Assembly (NCBI GenBank): GCA_963798915.1
Contig: CAWCVB010000014.1
Location: 96,001 to 160,000, forward strand
Length of the DNA: 64,000 nucleotides
Origin: an uncultured Gemmatimonadales bacterium
GTDB taxonomy: Bacteria; Gemmatimonadota; Gemmatimonadetes; Gemmatimonadales; GWC2-71-9
Direction: 5' to 3'
Positions 10,338 to 20,743 of this stretch are shown piece after piece. Under the pieces are notes generated by a model. The model was not told the origin of the DNA. It saw nothing but the letters and a program-made list of their open reading frames with translations, and did no database searches. The number at the start of each line of letters is the position of its first letter. Positions within the stretch are counted from its first letter, which is position 1. The position numbers and the translations under genes were made by a program.

Positions 10338-13131
10338 CGGCAGGCATGGGACCGGGATCGTCCAGCAGCGGTGCGAGGTAGCGCCCCGTCGGGGAGGATG
10401 GCTCCGCTGCGATCTGTTCCGGCGGCCCCTGCACCACGACCCGGCCGCCATGCTTCCCTGCGCCCGGTCCCATCTCGATGACCCAGTCGGCCCGCTTGAT
10501 CACGTCCAGGTGGTGTTCGATGACCACCACGGTATGCCCCGCGTCCACCAGCCGGTCCAGCACCTGGAGAAGCACCCGCACGTCGTCGAGATGAAGCCCG
10601 GTGGTGGGCTCATCCATCAGGTAGAGCTTGCGGCCGCTTCGGCGGCCCGCCGTGATCAGTTCCCGCGCGATCTTGAGCCGCTGAGCCTCGCCGCCCGAGA
10701 GGGTGGTCGCCGGCTGGCCCAGCCGCAGGTAGCCAAGGCCAACCTGCTGCAGCTGCCAGAGCGCTGCGCCCAGCCTGGGCTGGTGGCGGAACCGGGTGAT
10801 GGCTTCGGTGACGCTCCACTGCAGGACGTCATGGATCGAATGTCCATGGATCTTCACGTCCAGCACTTCCCGCTGGTAGCGCGTGGCGCCGCAGACTTCG
10901 CACGGGACATAGACGTCGGCCAGGAAGACCATCTCGACCTGAACATGTCCAGCTCCCTCGCACGCCTCGCAGCGCCCGCCGGCCAGGTTGAACGAGAAGG
11001 TGGAGGCGGTGTAACCCCGTTGGCGTGCCAGCGGCTGCGCCGCGAACAGCTCCCGGATCTCGTCGAATGCCTTGATGTAGGTGACCGGGTTTGAACGAGG
11101 CGTGCGCCCGATGGGAGACTGGTCGATCAGCAGCACGTCGCTCAGTGTCTCCCACCCGGACAGCTCGCGCACTGCGCCGATCTCCTCGCCCAGGTGCTGC
11201 TTGGCCGACGAGCCGCCGTGGAGCCGCTTTTCCAGCTGGCGGTAGAGAATGTCATGCACCAGCGTGCTCTTGCCGGAGCCCGAGACGCCGGTGACGGCGG
11301 TCAGCGTGGCAAGCGGGATGTCCATGTCCACATTGTCGAGCGTGTGGAGCGTTGCTCCGCGCAGCTTCAGCCAGGCCGGCCCGGTCTCACGCCGGGCGCT
11401 GGGCACGGCAATGCGCTTCCGACCAGTGAGATAGTCGCCAGTGAGGGACGCATTGGCATCCCCCAGCGATCCGGCATGCACCACCTCGCCGCCATGCTCG
11501 CCCGCGCCCGGCCCGAGTTCGAGGATGTAATCGGCCTGGGAGATCACGGCGGGATCATGCTCCACGACCAGCACGGTGTTGCCGAGATCCCGAAGGCGGC
11601 GCAGCACGGCAAGGAGTCGCTCCGTGTCGCGGGGATGCAGGCCGATGCTGGGTTCGTCCAGAACGTAGAGCGTGTCCACCAGCCGGGCTCCCAGTGCATT
11701 CGCCAGGGAAATGCGCTGCGCCTCGCCCCCCGACAAGGTGCGGGCCTGCCGGTCCAGGGTGAGGTACCCGAGTCCCACGTCGCGCAGGAACGATATTCGG
11801 GCCGACACCTGCTCCAGCACCAGGTCGGCAACGGTGCGGTCGCGGGGCCCGAGTTCCAGGCCGGCGAACCAGTCCGCCGTCTCGTCCAGCGAAAGTGCCG
11901 CGATTTCGCCGATATGGCGGCCAGCCACCTTGACAGCCCGGGCGTCGTCGTTGAGGCGCGTGCCACCGCACGCCGAGCAGGGCTCGGCCAGCTGATACTG
12001 CCGCAGGAAGACCCGGATGTACTGCTTGTATCGCTTTTCTTCGAGCCCCTCGAGGAAAGGGAAGATGCCGATGTACTTGCCCTTCCGGCCATGGAGCAAT
12101 TCCTGGCGCACGCTTGCCTTGAGCCGGCGCCAAGGCGCGTCGGGATCGGCCCCAAGCGCCTTGGCGCGCTCGACCACGAGGCGACGCCGGGCCTCGTAGC
12201 GCGGCTTGGTCCAGGGGTCAATGGCACCGTCGCGAACGCTGCGCTCTGGATCGGGGACGATGAGCCGTTCATCGTATTCCAGCGTGGCGCCAAAGCCGTT
12301 GCACGTGGCGCAGGCACCGCGTGGATTGTTGAATGAAAAGAGCGACGGCGTGATGGAAGCCGCTGGCGTGTCGCAACTGCTGCAGGCAAGAAACTCGGTG
12401 AAGCGCAGCTGGCGCCCGTCGTCCAGCACGGCAATCGCAATCCCCTCGCCTTCGGCGAAGGCGGTGGAGATGGCCTCGTGCAATCGCCCGGCGCTGGTGT
12501 CCGTGACGCTCAGCCGGTCCACCATGACGAGCAGCCCAGCATCCGCCGCGAGGTCGGTGCCGGCCGCGAGGTCCTCGAGATGCCGCGACTCGCCATGATG
12601 CAGCACGCGGACGAATCCCATGGCCCGCAGGTTTTCCACGATGGCATCGTGACTATGGCGCGCCGAGGCGGGCAGGGGAAACGTCACCACGACGCGGGCG
12701 GCGCCGGAGGACAGAATGTCGGCGACCGCGATTTCCGGCGTCTCGCGCCGGACCGGCGCGCCACAATGGCGGCAGAAAGGTTGCCCGATCCTGGCCCAGA
12801 GGAGGCGGAGGAAATCATAAATCTCGGTCGCCGTCCCCACCGTGGAGCGGCTGGAGACGGCGGGATTCCGCTGCTCGATGGCAACCGCGGGCGCCAGCCC
12901 GTCGATCCGATCGACGTCCGGCTTGGGCATGCGCTCGAGAAACTGCTTGGCGTACGTGGAAAGCGACTCAATGTAGCGCCGCTGGCCTTCCGCGTAGATG
13001 GTGTCGAAGGCGAGCGAGGACTTGCCTGAGCCTGAGGGGCCGGTGATCACCACGAGCGAGCGGTGGGGCAGCTCGACGGAGATCCCCTTCAGGTTGTGCT
13101 GGCGGGCGTTCACCACGCGAATCATCGACAC
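10312..13131 (-). CDS. uvrA: Excinuclease ABC subunit A
   Basis: ARQHNLK, GPSGSGKSSLAFDTIYAEGQRRY, two LSGGEAQR signatures, zinc fingers; start GTG 13131 or ATG 13125. Confidence 0.95.
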   Translation of the reverse strand: MSMIRVVNARQHNLKGISVELPHRSLVVITGPSGSGKSSLAFDTIYAEGQRRYIESLSTYAKQFLERMPKPDVDRIDGLAPAVAIEQRNPAVSSRSTVGTATEIYDFLRLLWARIGQPFCRHCGAPVRRETPEIAVADILSSGAARVVVTFPLPASARHSHDAIVENLRAMGFVRVLHHGESRHLEDLAAGTDLAADAGLLVMVDRLSVTDTSAGRLHEAISTAFAEGEGIAIAVLDDGRQLRFTEFLACSSCDTPAASITPSLFSFNNPRGACATCNGFGATLEYDERLIVPDPERSVRDGAIDPWTKPRYEARRRLVVERAKALGADPDAPWRRLKASVRQELLHGRKGKYIGIFPFLEGLEEKRYKQYIRVFLRQYQLAEPCSACGGTRLNDDARAVKVAGRHIGEIAALSLDETADWFAGLELGPRDRTVADLVLEQVSARISFLRDVGLGYLTLDRQARTLSGGEAQRISLANALGARLVDTLYVLDEPSIGLHPRDTERLLAVLRRLRDLGNTVLVVEHDPAVISQADYILELGPGAGEHGGEVVHAGSLGDANASLTGDYLTGRKRIAVPSARRETGPAWLKLRGATLHTLDNVDMDIPLATLTAVTGVSGSGKSTLVHDILYRQLEKRLHGGSSAKQHLGEEIGAVRELSGWETLSDVLLIDQSPIGRTPRSNPVTYIKAFDEIRELFAAQPLARQRGYTASTFSFNLAGGRCEACEGAGHVQVEMVFLADVYVPCEVCGATRYQREVLDVKIHGHSIHDVLQWSVTEAITRFRHQPRLGAALWQLQQVGLGYLRLGQPATTLSGGEAQRLKIARELITAGRRSGRKLYLMDEPTTGLHLDDVRVLLQVLDRLVDAGHTVVVIEHHLDVIKRADWVIEMGPGAGKHGGRVVVQGPPEQIAAEPSSPTGRYLAPLLDDPGPMPAVKPSMQLR

Positions 13132-13224
13132 AGCGGAAGAATAGCCAGCGGCCCTGCTTCGGGAAAGTTTCGGGTAGTGAGCGTCTGTCCGAGCTTCCGT
13201 TCCGCCGTTAAACTTCCCGGCTTC

Positions 13225-14322
13225 ATGGCCAAACTTCTTACTCCGAAGGTCCTGGTCCGCGGCTTCGAGATCTTCGTGCTCGCGTCCCTGGTCGGTTTCG
13301 GGCTCACCCTGTGGTACGGCAACAACCTCGGCGCATTCGCCACCGGGTTGCGCAATGTCCACTGGGCGTGGCTGCTCGTTGGCCTGGGCCTGGCTTCCAT
13401 GGACTGGATCGGTGGCGGGCTCCGGCTCTGGGTCGTGGCCCGCCAGCTCATGCCCAATCCATCCCTGAAGGGCATGGTCCTGGCCGGGGGGATGAGCGCC
13501 TGGGCGGCGTACATCACGCCGCTGCAGTCGGGTGCCTTCCCGATGATGATGTACACCATGCGCCGCTACGGCATCCCATTGCCGGTGGCCGCCACCTGCG
13601 CCCTGATGGGCTTTGTCGGCACGGTCGGCTTCTTTGCGATTGCCGGGCCGCTGGCGCTGCTGGCCGGTGCCGGCAAGGCGCTGGGCACTCAGGGCAATGT
13701 GCTGGGGCTGTCGCTCTACGACCTCTTTCTTGGCAGCCTTACCGTGTTCGCCGGACTGGGGGCGCTGCTGGTGCTGGTGATGATCTTCCCGCGGCTCGTC
13801 CGGAATCTGCTCGACCGGCTGGCGGGATGGCTGGGCCGGCGGAGCACCCGGTTTGCCTCGCGGGTGGAGGGCGTGCGCCAGGGCCTGGACGAAGCCCATG
13901 GTCATCTGGTCAAGCTCAACAGTCCACGCGGATGGCTGTCGGTGTTTCTCTGCATCGTGCTTTCGGGCCCTTCGCACTCCAACAAGCTGCTCGCTGGCTA
14001 TGCCACGCTCCGGGCCCTCGGGATCCACACCAACTTTGTCGACGTCCTGCTTCTCCAGACCTTCATTGCCTTCCTGCTCTACTTCGCTCCGACACCCGGG
14101 GCCTCCGGAATCGCGGAAGTGATGTCCGCGGCCGTGATGTCGGTGTATGTGGCCAAGGCGCTGACGCCGCTGTATACGTTGCTCTGGCGGCTCATCCTCA
14201 GCTGGTACACGGTCGGCTTCGGGTTTGTGGTGTTTGCCCGCTGGGTGCGCCAGGGACTCCGGAGTTTCGGTGTGGCGCACGGTGACAACGGACCGCCCGA
14301 GCCGCAGGCGGCGCCCTCATGA
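13225..14322 (+). CDS. Lysylphosphatidylglycerol synthase-like transmembrane (UPF0104/flippase-like) protein
   Basis: Polytopic membrane protein with ITPLQSG and APTPGASGIAE motifs plus late LLWR. Confidence 0.75.
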   Translation: MAKLLTPKVLVRGFEIFVLASLVGFGLTLWYGNNLGAFATGLRNVHWAWLLVGLGLASMDWIGGGLRLWVVARQLMPNPSLKGMVLAGGMSAWAAYITPLQSGAFPMMMYTMRRYGIPLPVAATCALMGFVGTVGFFAIAGPLALLAGAGKALGTQGNVLGLSLYDLFLGSLTVFAGLGALLVLVMIFPRLVRNLLDRLAGWLGRRSTRFASRVEGVRQGLDEAHGHLVKLNSPRGWLSVFLCIVLSGPSHSNKLLAGYATLRALGIHTNFVDVLLLQTFIAFLLYFAPTPGASGIAEVMSAAVMSVYVAKALTPLYTLLWRLILSWYTVGFGFVVFARWVRQGLRSFGVAHGDNGPPEPQAAPS

Positions 14323-16103
14323 GCCAGCTCGAGGAGCCGCTCGGCCGGGCCTATGATGCTCGGCTCTTCCGCCGCCTCATCGGCTACCTGCGACCCCACC
14401 TGCGACTGGCCTCCGGCGCACTGGTGCTGCTGCTGGTGAGCGCCGGCCTCGCACTGGTCGGTCCGCGGCTGACGCAGTACGCGCTGGATGTCGCCATCCC
14501 GGCACGCAATGTCGGCCTGCTCGGGAATCTTGCGATTCTCTACCTGCTGGCCCTGCTGCTCGACTTTCTGGCGGACTATGGGCAGACCCTCCTCACGACG
14601 CTGATCGGGCAGCGGGTCATGCTGGATCTCCGCACCAGGATCTTTGCGCACCTCCAGCGCTTGTCGGCCAGTTTCTTCGACCGGAATCCGGTGGGCCGGT
14701 TGATGACCCGGGTCACCAGCGATGTGGAGACCCTCAACGAGCTGTTCTCGTCGGGACTGGTCACGGTCTTCGGGGACATTTTCACCTTGCTGGCCATCAT
14801 GGGCATGATGCTGCTGATGAACTGGCGCCTGGCCCTGGTGGCGTTCAGCGTGATCCCGCTCGTGTGGCTCACTGCGTCCGTCTTCCGGAAGCATGTCCGG
14901 GAGGCCTTCCGCGACATTCGGATCCGGCTGGCCCGGCTGAACGCCTACCTGCAGGAACAGCTTTCGGGCATGCGCATCGTCCAATTGTTCCGGCGCGAGC
15001 CGGCCTCCTACGATGAATTCGATCGGCTGAATCGCTCGCATCTCGACGCGCACCTGCGCTCGATCCGGGTCTACGCGGTGTTCTTTCCCGTGGTGGAGTT
15101 TCTCTCGTCGCTGGCGCTGGCACTCCTCCTCTGGTACGGTGGTTTGCGCGCCCTTGGAGGCACCCTCACGGTCGGGGTACTGGCCGCGTTCATTCAGCTG
15201 ACCCGTCGCTTCTTCCAGCCGCTTCAGGACATCTCCGAGAAGGTGAACCTGCTGCAAGGGGCGATGGCCTCGAGTGAGCGGATCTTCCAGCTGCTCGACG
15301 AACCCGTCACTGTCGATGAGGCGGCGCACCCGCACTCGCTGCCGAGCCCGGTTCGCGGCGAGGTCCGGTTCGAGGACGTCTGGTTCCGGTATTCCGACGA
15401 CGGGCCCTGGGTGCTCAAGGGTGTCAGCTTTGTGGCCGCGCCTGGTCGTACCTTGGCGATCGTCGGGCATACCGGAGCCGGAAAGACAACGGTGATCAGT
15501 CTCCTGCTGCGGTTCTACGAGCCGACCCGGGGGCGCATCACCGTGGACGGTCTGGACATCCGGGACATTTCGACGCACGATCTCCGGGGGCTGATCGGGT
15601 TCGTACAGCAGGATCTCTTCCTGTTTTCGGGCGACCTGCTGCGGAACCTGGTGCTCGACGCCCCGGTCTCCGAGGCCGAGGCGGAGGCAGCAGCCGAACG
15701 GGTGGGGGCGGACCGGTTCATTCGGCGCCTGCCGATGGGGTACCGCCACCAGCTCGCCGAGCGGGGCCGCAACCTCAGCATGGGTGAGCGGCAATTGCTC
15801 AGCTTTGCGCGGGCCCTGGCCCGGAACCCTCGCATTCTCGTGCTGGATGAAGCCACCAGCTCGGTGGACGCAGAGTCCGAGGCGCAGATCCAGCAGGCCA
15901 TTGCCGAGCTCATGGAGGGACGGACGGCAATTGTGGTCGCCCACCGCCTCAGCACTATTCTTCACGCCGACGAGATCCTGGTCTTTCACCACGGAGAGAT
16001 CCGTGAGCGGGGAAGCCACCAGGCGCTGCTGGAGCAGCGGGGACTCTACCAGCGGCTCTACCTGCTCCAGGTCCGTGGGGCCGAGGACCGGCGAAGTGCC
16101 TGA
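14319..16103 (+). CDS. ABC exporter, fused permease/ATPase (MsbA-like)
   Basis: N-terminal TMD; GHTGAGKT Walker A, LSMGERQ signature, ILVLDEATS Walker B, AHRLST; ATGA overlap with upstream gene. Confidence 0.93.
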   Translation: MSQLEEPLGRAYDARLFRRLIGYLRPHLRLASGALVLLLVSAGLALVGPRLTQYALDVAIPARNVGLLGNLAILYLLALLLDFLADYGQTLLTTLIGQRVMLDLRTRIFAHLQRLSASFFDRNPVGRLMTRVTSDVETLNELFSSGLVTVFGDIFTLLAIMGMMLLMNWRLALVAFSVIPLVWLTASVFRKHVREAFRDIRIRLARLNAYLQEQLSGMRIVQLFRREPASYDEFDRLNRSHLDAHLRSIRVYAVFFPVVEFLSSLALALLLWYGGLRALGGTLTVGVLAAFIQLTRRFFQPLQDISEKVNLLQGAMASSERIFQLLDEPVTVDEAAHPHSLPSPVRGEVRFEDVWFRYSDDGPWVLKGVSFVAAPGRTLAIVGHTGAGKTTVISLLLRFYEPTRGRITVDGLDIRDISTHDLRGLIGFVQQDLFLFSGDLLRNLVLDAPVSEAEAEAAAERVGADRFIRRLPMGYRHQLAERGRNLSMGERQLLSFARALARNPRILVLDEATSSVDAESEAQIQQAIAELMEGRTAIVVAHRLSTILHADEILVFHHGEIRERGSHQALLEQRGLYQRLYLLQVRGAEDRRSA

Positions 16104-16178
16104 TCGGATGCTTGCGCGGCCAATTCGCGGCCAAGTACGTTTGGGCAGCTCTCAATCATGTGGATGGGCGGCCCTCGG

Positions 16179-17426
16179 ATGATCCAGCTTGATGTCGGTG
16201 GACGGCGCTACGGCGTCGCTGCCGGTGAAATGATTATTGGCTCGGGTGATGCGGTGGCCATCCCGCTCTATGAGACGGGTGTGTCCAGCCACCACGCGAT
16301 CGTGCAGGGCTGGGCCGACGGGTCAGCGGCCGTCCGGGCGGTTGATGGCGCTGAGGTGACGGTCAATGGCATTCGGCTGGGCGCCGATCCCACACCACTC
16401 CTCCATGGGGACAAGGTCGTGATCGGCAGACAGGAGATTCTCGTCGTGGATGAAGCGTTGTCGGGACGCACGCGGATCGGACCGGCTCTGGCCGGGCCGG
16501 CGTCGGTGCCTGAGGATGGCGCTCGGGTTGTGTGCCTGACCGACGGCCGCGAGTACCGGATCGGCAGCCGGCCGCTCGTGTTCGGTCGCGAGGCCGGCGC
16601 CGACATCGTGGTACCGGGTGACAATGTGTCGCGGCGGCACGCCGAGCTCCATCGCGACCCGGCCGGGTTTCTCCTGCTGGACGCCAGCGCCAACGGCGTC
16701 CTGGTCAACGGTGAGCGAGTCTCCGGCGAGGTCCGGCTCAAGGGTGGGGACCTGATCCGCATCGGCAATGAGGAATTCCGCTTCCACGCCGGCCAGGCGC
16801 CCCCGGCCGGCGCCCACCAGCGGCTGAGCGATACCATGTTCGGCATGGCGGCGTTCCGGCCGCCGGTGGCTGAGCCCGAGGCTCGAGCGGCCGTGCCGCT
16901 CGCCGCTGTACTTTTCCGGTCCGGTCCGACCAAGGGAGAGCGGGTGCTCCTGTCGGTCCCGGTGATCAACGTGGGCCGGGCCGATTACAATGATCTCGTG
17001 CTGGCCGATGCGAGCGTCAGTACCATGCATGCCAAGATCCAGCGCCGGGGCGGCATCTGGATCCTGGCGGACCTGGGTTCCACCAACGGGACGTTCATGG
17101 AGGGCGAACCGGTGGTGGGCGAAGTCGCGCTCGCGCCGGGGGCCACTATCCGTTTCGGTGAAGTCGCGGTGTTGTTCGAGCCGCTCGACGACGCACCGGC
17201 AACCGAGCCCGACGGCACGCACACGATGGAGCGAGTCGTCGTCGAGCCGTCTTCCCGGCCCGTGGAGTCTGTCCGCGCGCCCGCGCCAAGGGCTGCGGCC
17301 GTCCGCAAGCCGGCTCCGCGCCGGCCGGCGCCAACTGAACCGCGCCGTCCCAGGTCCTGGATCACGCTGGCTGTGCTGATTGCGGTGGCGGCCGGACTCG
17401 CGGCCTACCTCCTGCTGTCGCGCTAA
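16179..17426 (+). CDS. Triple FHA-domain protein with Pro-rich linker and C-terminal TM anchor
   Basis: Three G(R/S)...VSxxHA...NG FHA motifs; terminal hydrophobic helix; alternative start 16158. Confidence 0.85.
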   Translation: MIQLDVGGRRYGVAAGEMIIGSGDAVAIPLYETGVSSHHAIVQGWADGSAAVRAVDGAEVTVNGIRLGADPTPLLHGDKVVIGRQEILVVDEALSGRTRIGPALAGPASVPEDGARVVCLTDGREYRIGSRPLVFGREAGADIVVPGDNVSRRHAELHRDPAGFLLLDASANGVLVNGERVSGEVRLKGGDLIRIGNEEFRFHAGQAPPAGAHQRLSDTMFGMAAFRPPVAEPEARAAVPLAAVLFRSGPTKGERVLLSVPVINVGRADYNDLVLADASVSTMHAKIQRRGGIWILADLGSTNGTFMEGEPVVGEVALAPGATIRFGEVAVLFEPLDDAPATEPDGTHTMERVVVEPSSRPVESVRAPAPRAAAVRKPAPRRPAPTEPRRPRSWITLAVLIAVAAGLAAYLLLSR

Positions 17427-17435
17427 CGGAGGCAC

Positions 17436-18206
17436 GTGCACTTTTCCTGCGCCGCCCGGACCGACGTTGGCGTCGTTCGCTCGGGCAACGAAGACAACTT
17501 CCTCATGCTGGCCGACCGCGGCATCTTCATCGTGGCGGATGGCATGGGCGGCCACGCCGCGGGCGAGGTTGCCAGCGAAATGGCTGTTCGCATCGTTGCG
17601 GACGAGCTCGGGTCGTATCGAGGGTTGTCGGATGACGAGATTGCCAACCGGATGCACAACGCGATCCGGAAGGCCAACGAGGCGATCTTCTCGCGCACGC
17701 TGTCTGAACACGACAAGCGTGGCATGGGAACCACCCTCACCGCACTCCTGCTCCTGCCCAATCGCTACCTGATCGGGCAGGTCGGAGACAGCCGGGCCTA
17801 CCTGCTCCGCAGCGAGCGCCTCAAGCAGCTGACCAAGGACCACAGCTACGTGCAGGAGCAGGTTGATGCCGGGCTCCTGACGGCGGAGCAGGCGCGGGTG
17901 CACCCGTACAGCAACGTGATTACCCGTTGCGTAGGCGCCGGCATGGACGTGACGCCCGACATCTATTTTGGCACGCTGGAGTCCGAGGACCTGCTGCTCC
18001 TCGCGTCGGACGGGCTCACCGGCATGCTCGAGGACGAGCAGCTGCGCCGGCTGCTCCAGGCCAACGGCGGCCCGCAGCATTCGGTGGACCAGATGATTGC
18101 CGAAGCCAACCGTCGCGGCGGCCTGGACAACATTACGGCCATCGTCATCCGGATCGAGACCGCCGCCACGCCATCCGGCGAGCACCCGGCCGTCCCGGCG
18201 CGCTGA
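17436..18206 (+). CDS. PP2C-family Ser/Thr phosphatase (Stp1/PstP-like)
   Basis: RSGNED, VADGMGGH, MGTT, VGDSRAY, ASDGL, GGLDNIT; GGAGG RBS and GTG start. Confidence 0.95.
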   Translation: MHFSCAARTDVGVVRSGNEDNFLMLADRGIFIVADGMGGHAAGEVASEMAVRIVADELGSYRGLSDDEIANRMHNAIRKANEAIFSRTLSEHDKRGMGTTLTALLLLPNRYLIGQVGDSRAYLLRSERLKQLTKDHSYVQEQVDAGLLTAEQARVHPYSNVITRCVGAGMDVTPDIYFGTLESEDLLLLASDGLTGMLEDEQLRRLLQANGGPQHSVDQMIAEANRRGGLDNITAIVIRIETAATPSGEHPAVPAR

Positions 18207-18251
18207 CCCCGCGCCGGGCGCGGGGCAGCCGCAATCCCGCGCGCCAATCTG

Positions 18252-19331
18252 CTAGCGCGAATCTCCCTTCGGAAACCTGACCTTGTCCGGTGCGGCCCGC
18301 AGCCGACCGATGATCTCCGCGGTGAGCCGCGACCGCAACTCTCCGGCTCGCTTGGGATCCACCAGGTAACGGACGAACGGCTCCAGCCAGGTATTCTGGC
18401 TGACGCGCACCATGACGACCGGGTGCTCCCGGATCGTCAGCCGGTCCACCGGCGTGTTGGCCAGCAGCGCCCGCACCTGCTCCACTCGCTCCACCATCGC
18501 CGGCCCCAGCTCCTCAGTCACGACCTCCCGCATTGTGCCGGTGACAAACGCCAGGTTGCTGTCGTAGCCGACCTGGACGGCGATCTCGTTCCAGATATAG
18601 GGAAACAGCGGCCACGAGTAATTGTACACCGCCGAGGTGAGCACGTTCGCATTGGGAAACTTGATCAGCCGGCCACTGGGATGGTCGGTTGAGACATAGG
18701 GACCGCCGAACTCCCACAGCGTGGTATCGAGATACCCGACGTCCAGCACGTCACCCGTCGTGTCGCCGATCTGGATGCGGTCGCCCACGCGATAGGGCTC
18801 CCGCGCCAGGATGTAGATCCACCCGATGAAACTGGTGATCGGCGTCTGGAGCGCAAACCCCAGCACCAGGGACAGCAGCCCGAGCGAGACGACGGCCGCG
18901 TACCAGTTCCGGAAGATCACCGAGATGGCGATGAACGCGATAATGAGTGTCGCCACCAGCCGCACGATGCGCCGCAGATTGTACCGGGAGACATCGTCGT
19001 CCATCCGGTCGATCAGGAAGACGCGGGCCGCCTTCGCGATGGCGAGGACCAGCAGCGCGAACATGACGCCACGGGTGAGCCGCTGGGCAATCAGCAGGTA
19101 GGGAGCCAGCAGTCCGGGCGGCCGGAATCGCAGGAGATAGAGGATGACGGCAAGCGCGATGAGCGTCGCGCCATATGCCGCGAGCGCCAGTTTATGGCGC
19201 CGCTCCACCGGCGGTGGTGCCGGCTTCCGGCCCCCGGCCTGCCGCAGGCCGCGCCGGATTTCCTCCTGGCTCGGAGCTGCTTCGGTGGGTGGCTGGGGGT
19301 ATCCCGCGTCGGGGGCGTCGGGGGTTGGCAT
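18252..19331 (-). CDS. Small-conductance mechanosensitive channel (MscS family)
   Basis: TM helices, LGFALQ, PYRVGDRIQIG..GDV, PN motif. Confidence 0.85.
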   Translation of the reverse strand: MPTPDAPDAGYPQPPTEAAPSQEEIRRGLRQAGGRKPAPPPVERRHKLALAAYGATLIALAVILYLLRFRPPGLLAPYLLIAQRLTRGVMFALLVLAIAKAARVFLIDRMDDDVSRYNLRRIVRLVATLIIAFIAISVIFRNWYAAVVSLGLLSLVLGFALQTPITSFIGWIYILAREPYRVGDRIQIGDTTGDVLDVGYLDTTLWEFGGPYVSTDHPSGRLIKFPNANVLTSAVYNYSWPLFPYIWNEIAVQVGYDSNLAFVTGTMREVVTEELGPAMVERVEQVRALLANTPVDRLTIREHPVVMVRVSQNTWLEPFVRYLVDPKRAGELRSRLTAEIIGRLRAAPDKVRFPKGDSR

Positions 19332-19435
19332 GCGCAGCGATCTCGCGGTGCAGGGGGAGGTGTCCCACCACAGGGTGGTGGCTCGGGGCCCATCAGCAAT
19401 GTAAAGACTGGCCGGACCCGTTCCCGTGCGCCCGC

Positions 19436-20701
19436 TTACATGCGCCCGGCCCAGCCACGCACCTCGTCACGCGGCATCTGGATCACTTCGATGACTCGTT
19501 CGAGGGCCAGCGACACCGGAATCGCGGTGAAGACCCGCAGCCGGCGCGCGCTCTGGTACAGTTCGCCGGCCACTCTTGGCAGACCGAGATGCCCGGCCCT
19601 TCCAGCATCCGTCAAGCGCTCCACCGCGCCACCCCGAAGCCGAAGCGGCAGGTTCACGGACAGCATCGAGGGCCGGGCAGGAAAGTCGAGCAGCAATTGC
19701 CCCGGGGCGAGCCCGACCTCCCGACCCAGCGCGTCTTCGGCCAGTTCCAGCGTCACGGCATCGCCGTCAAGCCAGGCCGCACCGCCGTCGGGCACGTCGC
19801 TGGCCGGTACGTCCCAGAGCCGCTTGTAGAGGCGCCGTTCACGCACGGCGCGGGCCAGCCCGAGCGGATCGCAGGTCATGAGCACCTCCATGAATGCGTC
19901 GTCAGTGAAGCCGGCAATTCCTGACATGTCGAGGGCGCCAGCCTCGAGCGCGGCGCGCGCGGCCCGCTTGAACATGCATGTCGCCGAGCGAACGGCATGA
20001 TGCCAGTACACGTTGCGGTACATCTGGTACTTGGCGAACAGCAGCGACTCCAGTGCACTCACGCCTTTTTCGTGGACGCCCATCTCGCGGCGCTGTGCGC
20101 CGTGTACCACGGTCAAGGCAGCGAGCAGTCGATCGACGTCAACCGTGCCATAGGGAACGCCGCACATCCGGGCATCCCGGCTCAGGTAGTCGATCTTGTC
20201 GAGGTCCAGACTGCCGCTGATCAGTCCCTGCAGGGGACTCGCACTCCGACCCCGGATCAGCGCACCGATCTGTTCGGTGAGCTGCGACCCTCCCAGCTGC
20301 CGAAGCGCCTCGCCCAGCGTGCCGTCGGGCAGGCGGGCCACGCCCTGGGCCTCGTGCGAGGGGAAGCCCGCTTCCTCCAGTGCGTGGGAAAAGGGATAAT
20401 GGCCGATATCGTGCAGGAGCGCGGCCAGCCGGACGGCGAGGCGCTCATCGTTGGGCACGGCGTCCAGCTCGCCCCGGTCTGACAGGGAGCTGAGCGCGCG
20501 ACAGGTGAGGTGATACGCGCCAAGCGCGTGTTCAAAGCGGGTGTGCGTCGCACCGGGATAGACCAGGAAGGCATGGCCCAACTGCCGGATGTAGCGGAGT
20601 CGCTGCACCGGTGGAGTGTCGAGCACGGCCAGCGCCGCGGGATCGAGCCGGATGTTGTCCCACAGCGGGTCGCGGATGACGTCGGGATCAGGACGCGACA
20701 T
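19436..20701 (-). CDS. HD-superfamily phosphohydrolase (dNTP triphosphohydrolase/SAMHD1-like)
   Basis: QRLRYIRQLG...YPGATHTRFEH, LHDIGHYPFSH, DLDKIDYL.RD, MYRNVYWH. Confidence 0.9.
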   Translation of the reverse strand: MSRPDPDVIRDPLWDNIRLDPAALAVLDTPPVQRLRYIRQLGHAFLVYPGATHTRFEHALGAYHLTCRALSSLSDRGELDAVPNDERLAVRLAALLHDIGHYPFSHALEEAGFPSHEAQGVARLPDGTLGEALRQLGGSQLTEQIGALIRGRSASPLQGLISGSLDLDKIDYLSRDARMCGVPYGTVDVDRLLAALTVVHGAQRREMGVHEKGVSALESLLFAKYQMYRNVYWHHAVRSATCMFKRAARAALEAGALDMSGIAGFTDDAFMEVLMTCDPLGLARAVRERRLYKRLWDVPASDVPDGGAAWLDGDAVTLELAEDALGREVGLAPGQLLLDFPARPSMLSVNLPLRLRGGAVERLTDAGRAGHLGLPRVAGELYQSARRLRVFTAIPVSLALERVIEVIQMPRDEVRGWAGRM

Positions 20702-20743
20702 GGCTTGCCCTGACGGTTCCCGACCGGCGCATGAGGAGAGCTC

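Noticed and set aside
13132..14280. ~385-aa N-terminal extension of UvrA in the ORF track
   Set aside because: It is the antisense shadow of the 13225-14322 membrane gene; UvrA homology starts at MIRVVNARQHNLK
19436..20701. HD dNTPase as an anti-phage defence gene
   Set aside because: Sits at the end of a housekeeping maeB-pckA run with no defence or mobile context
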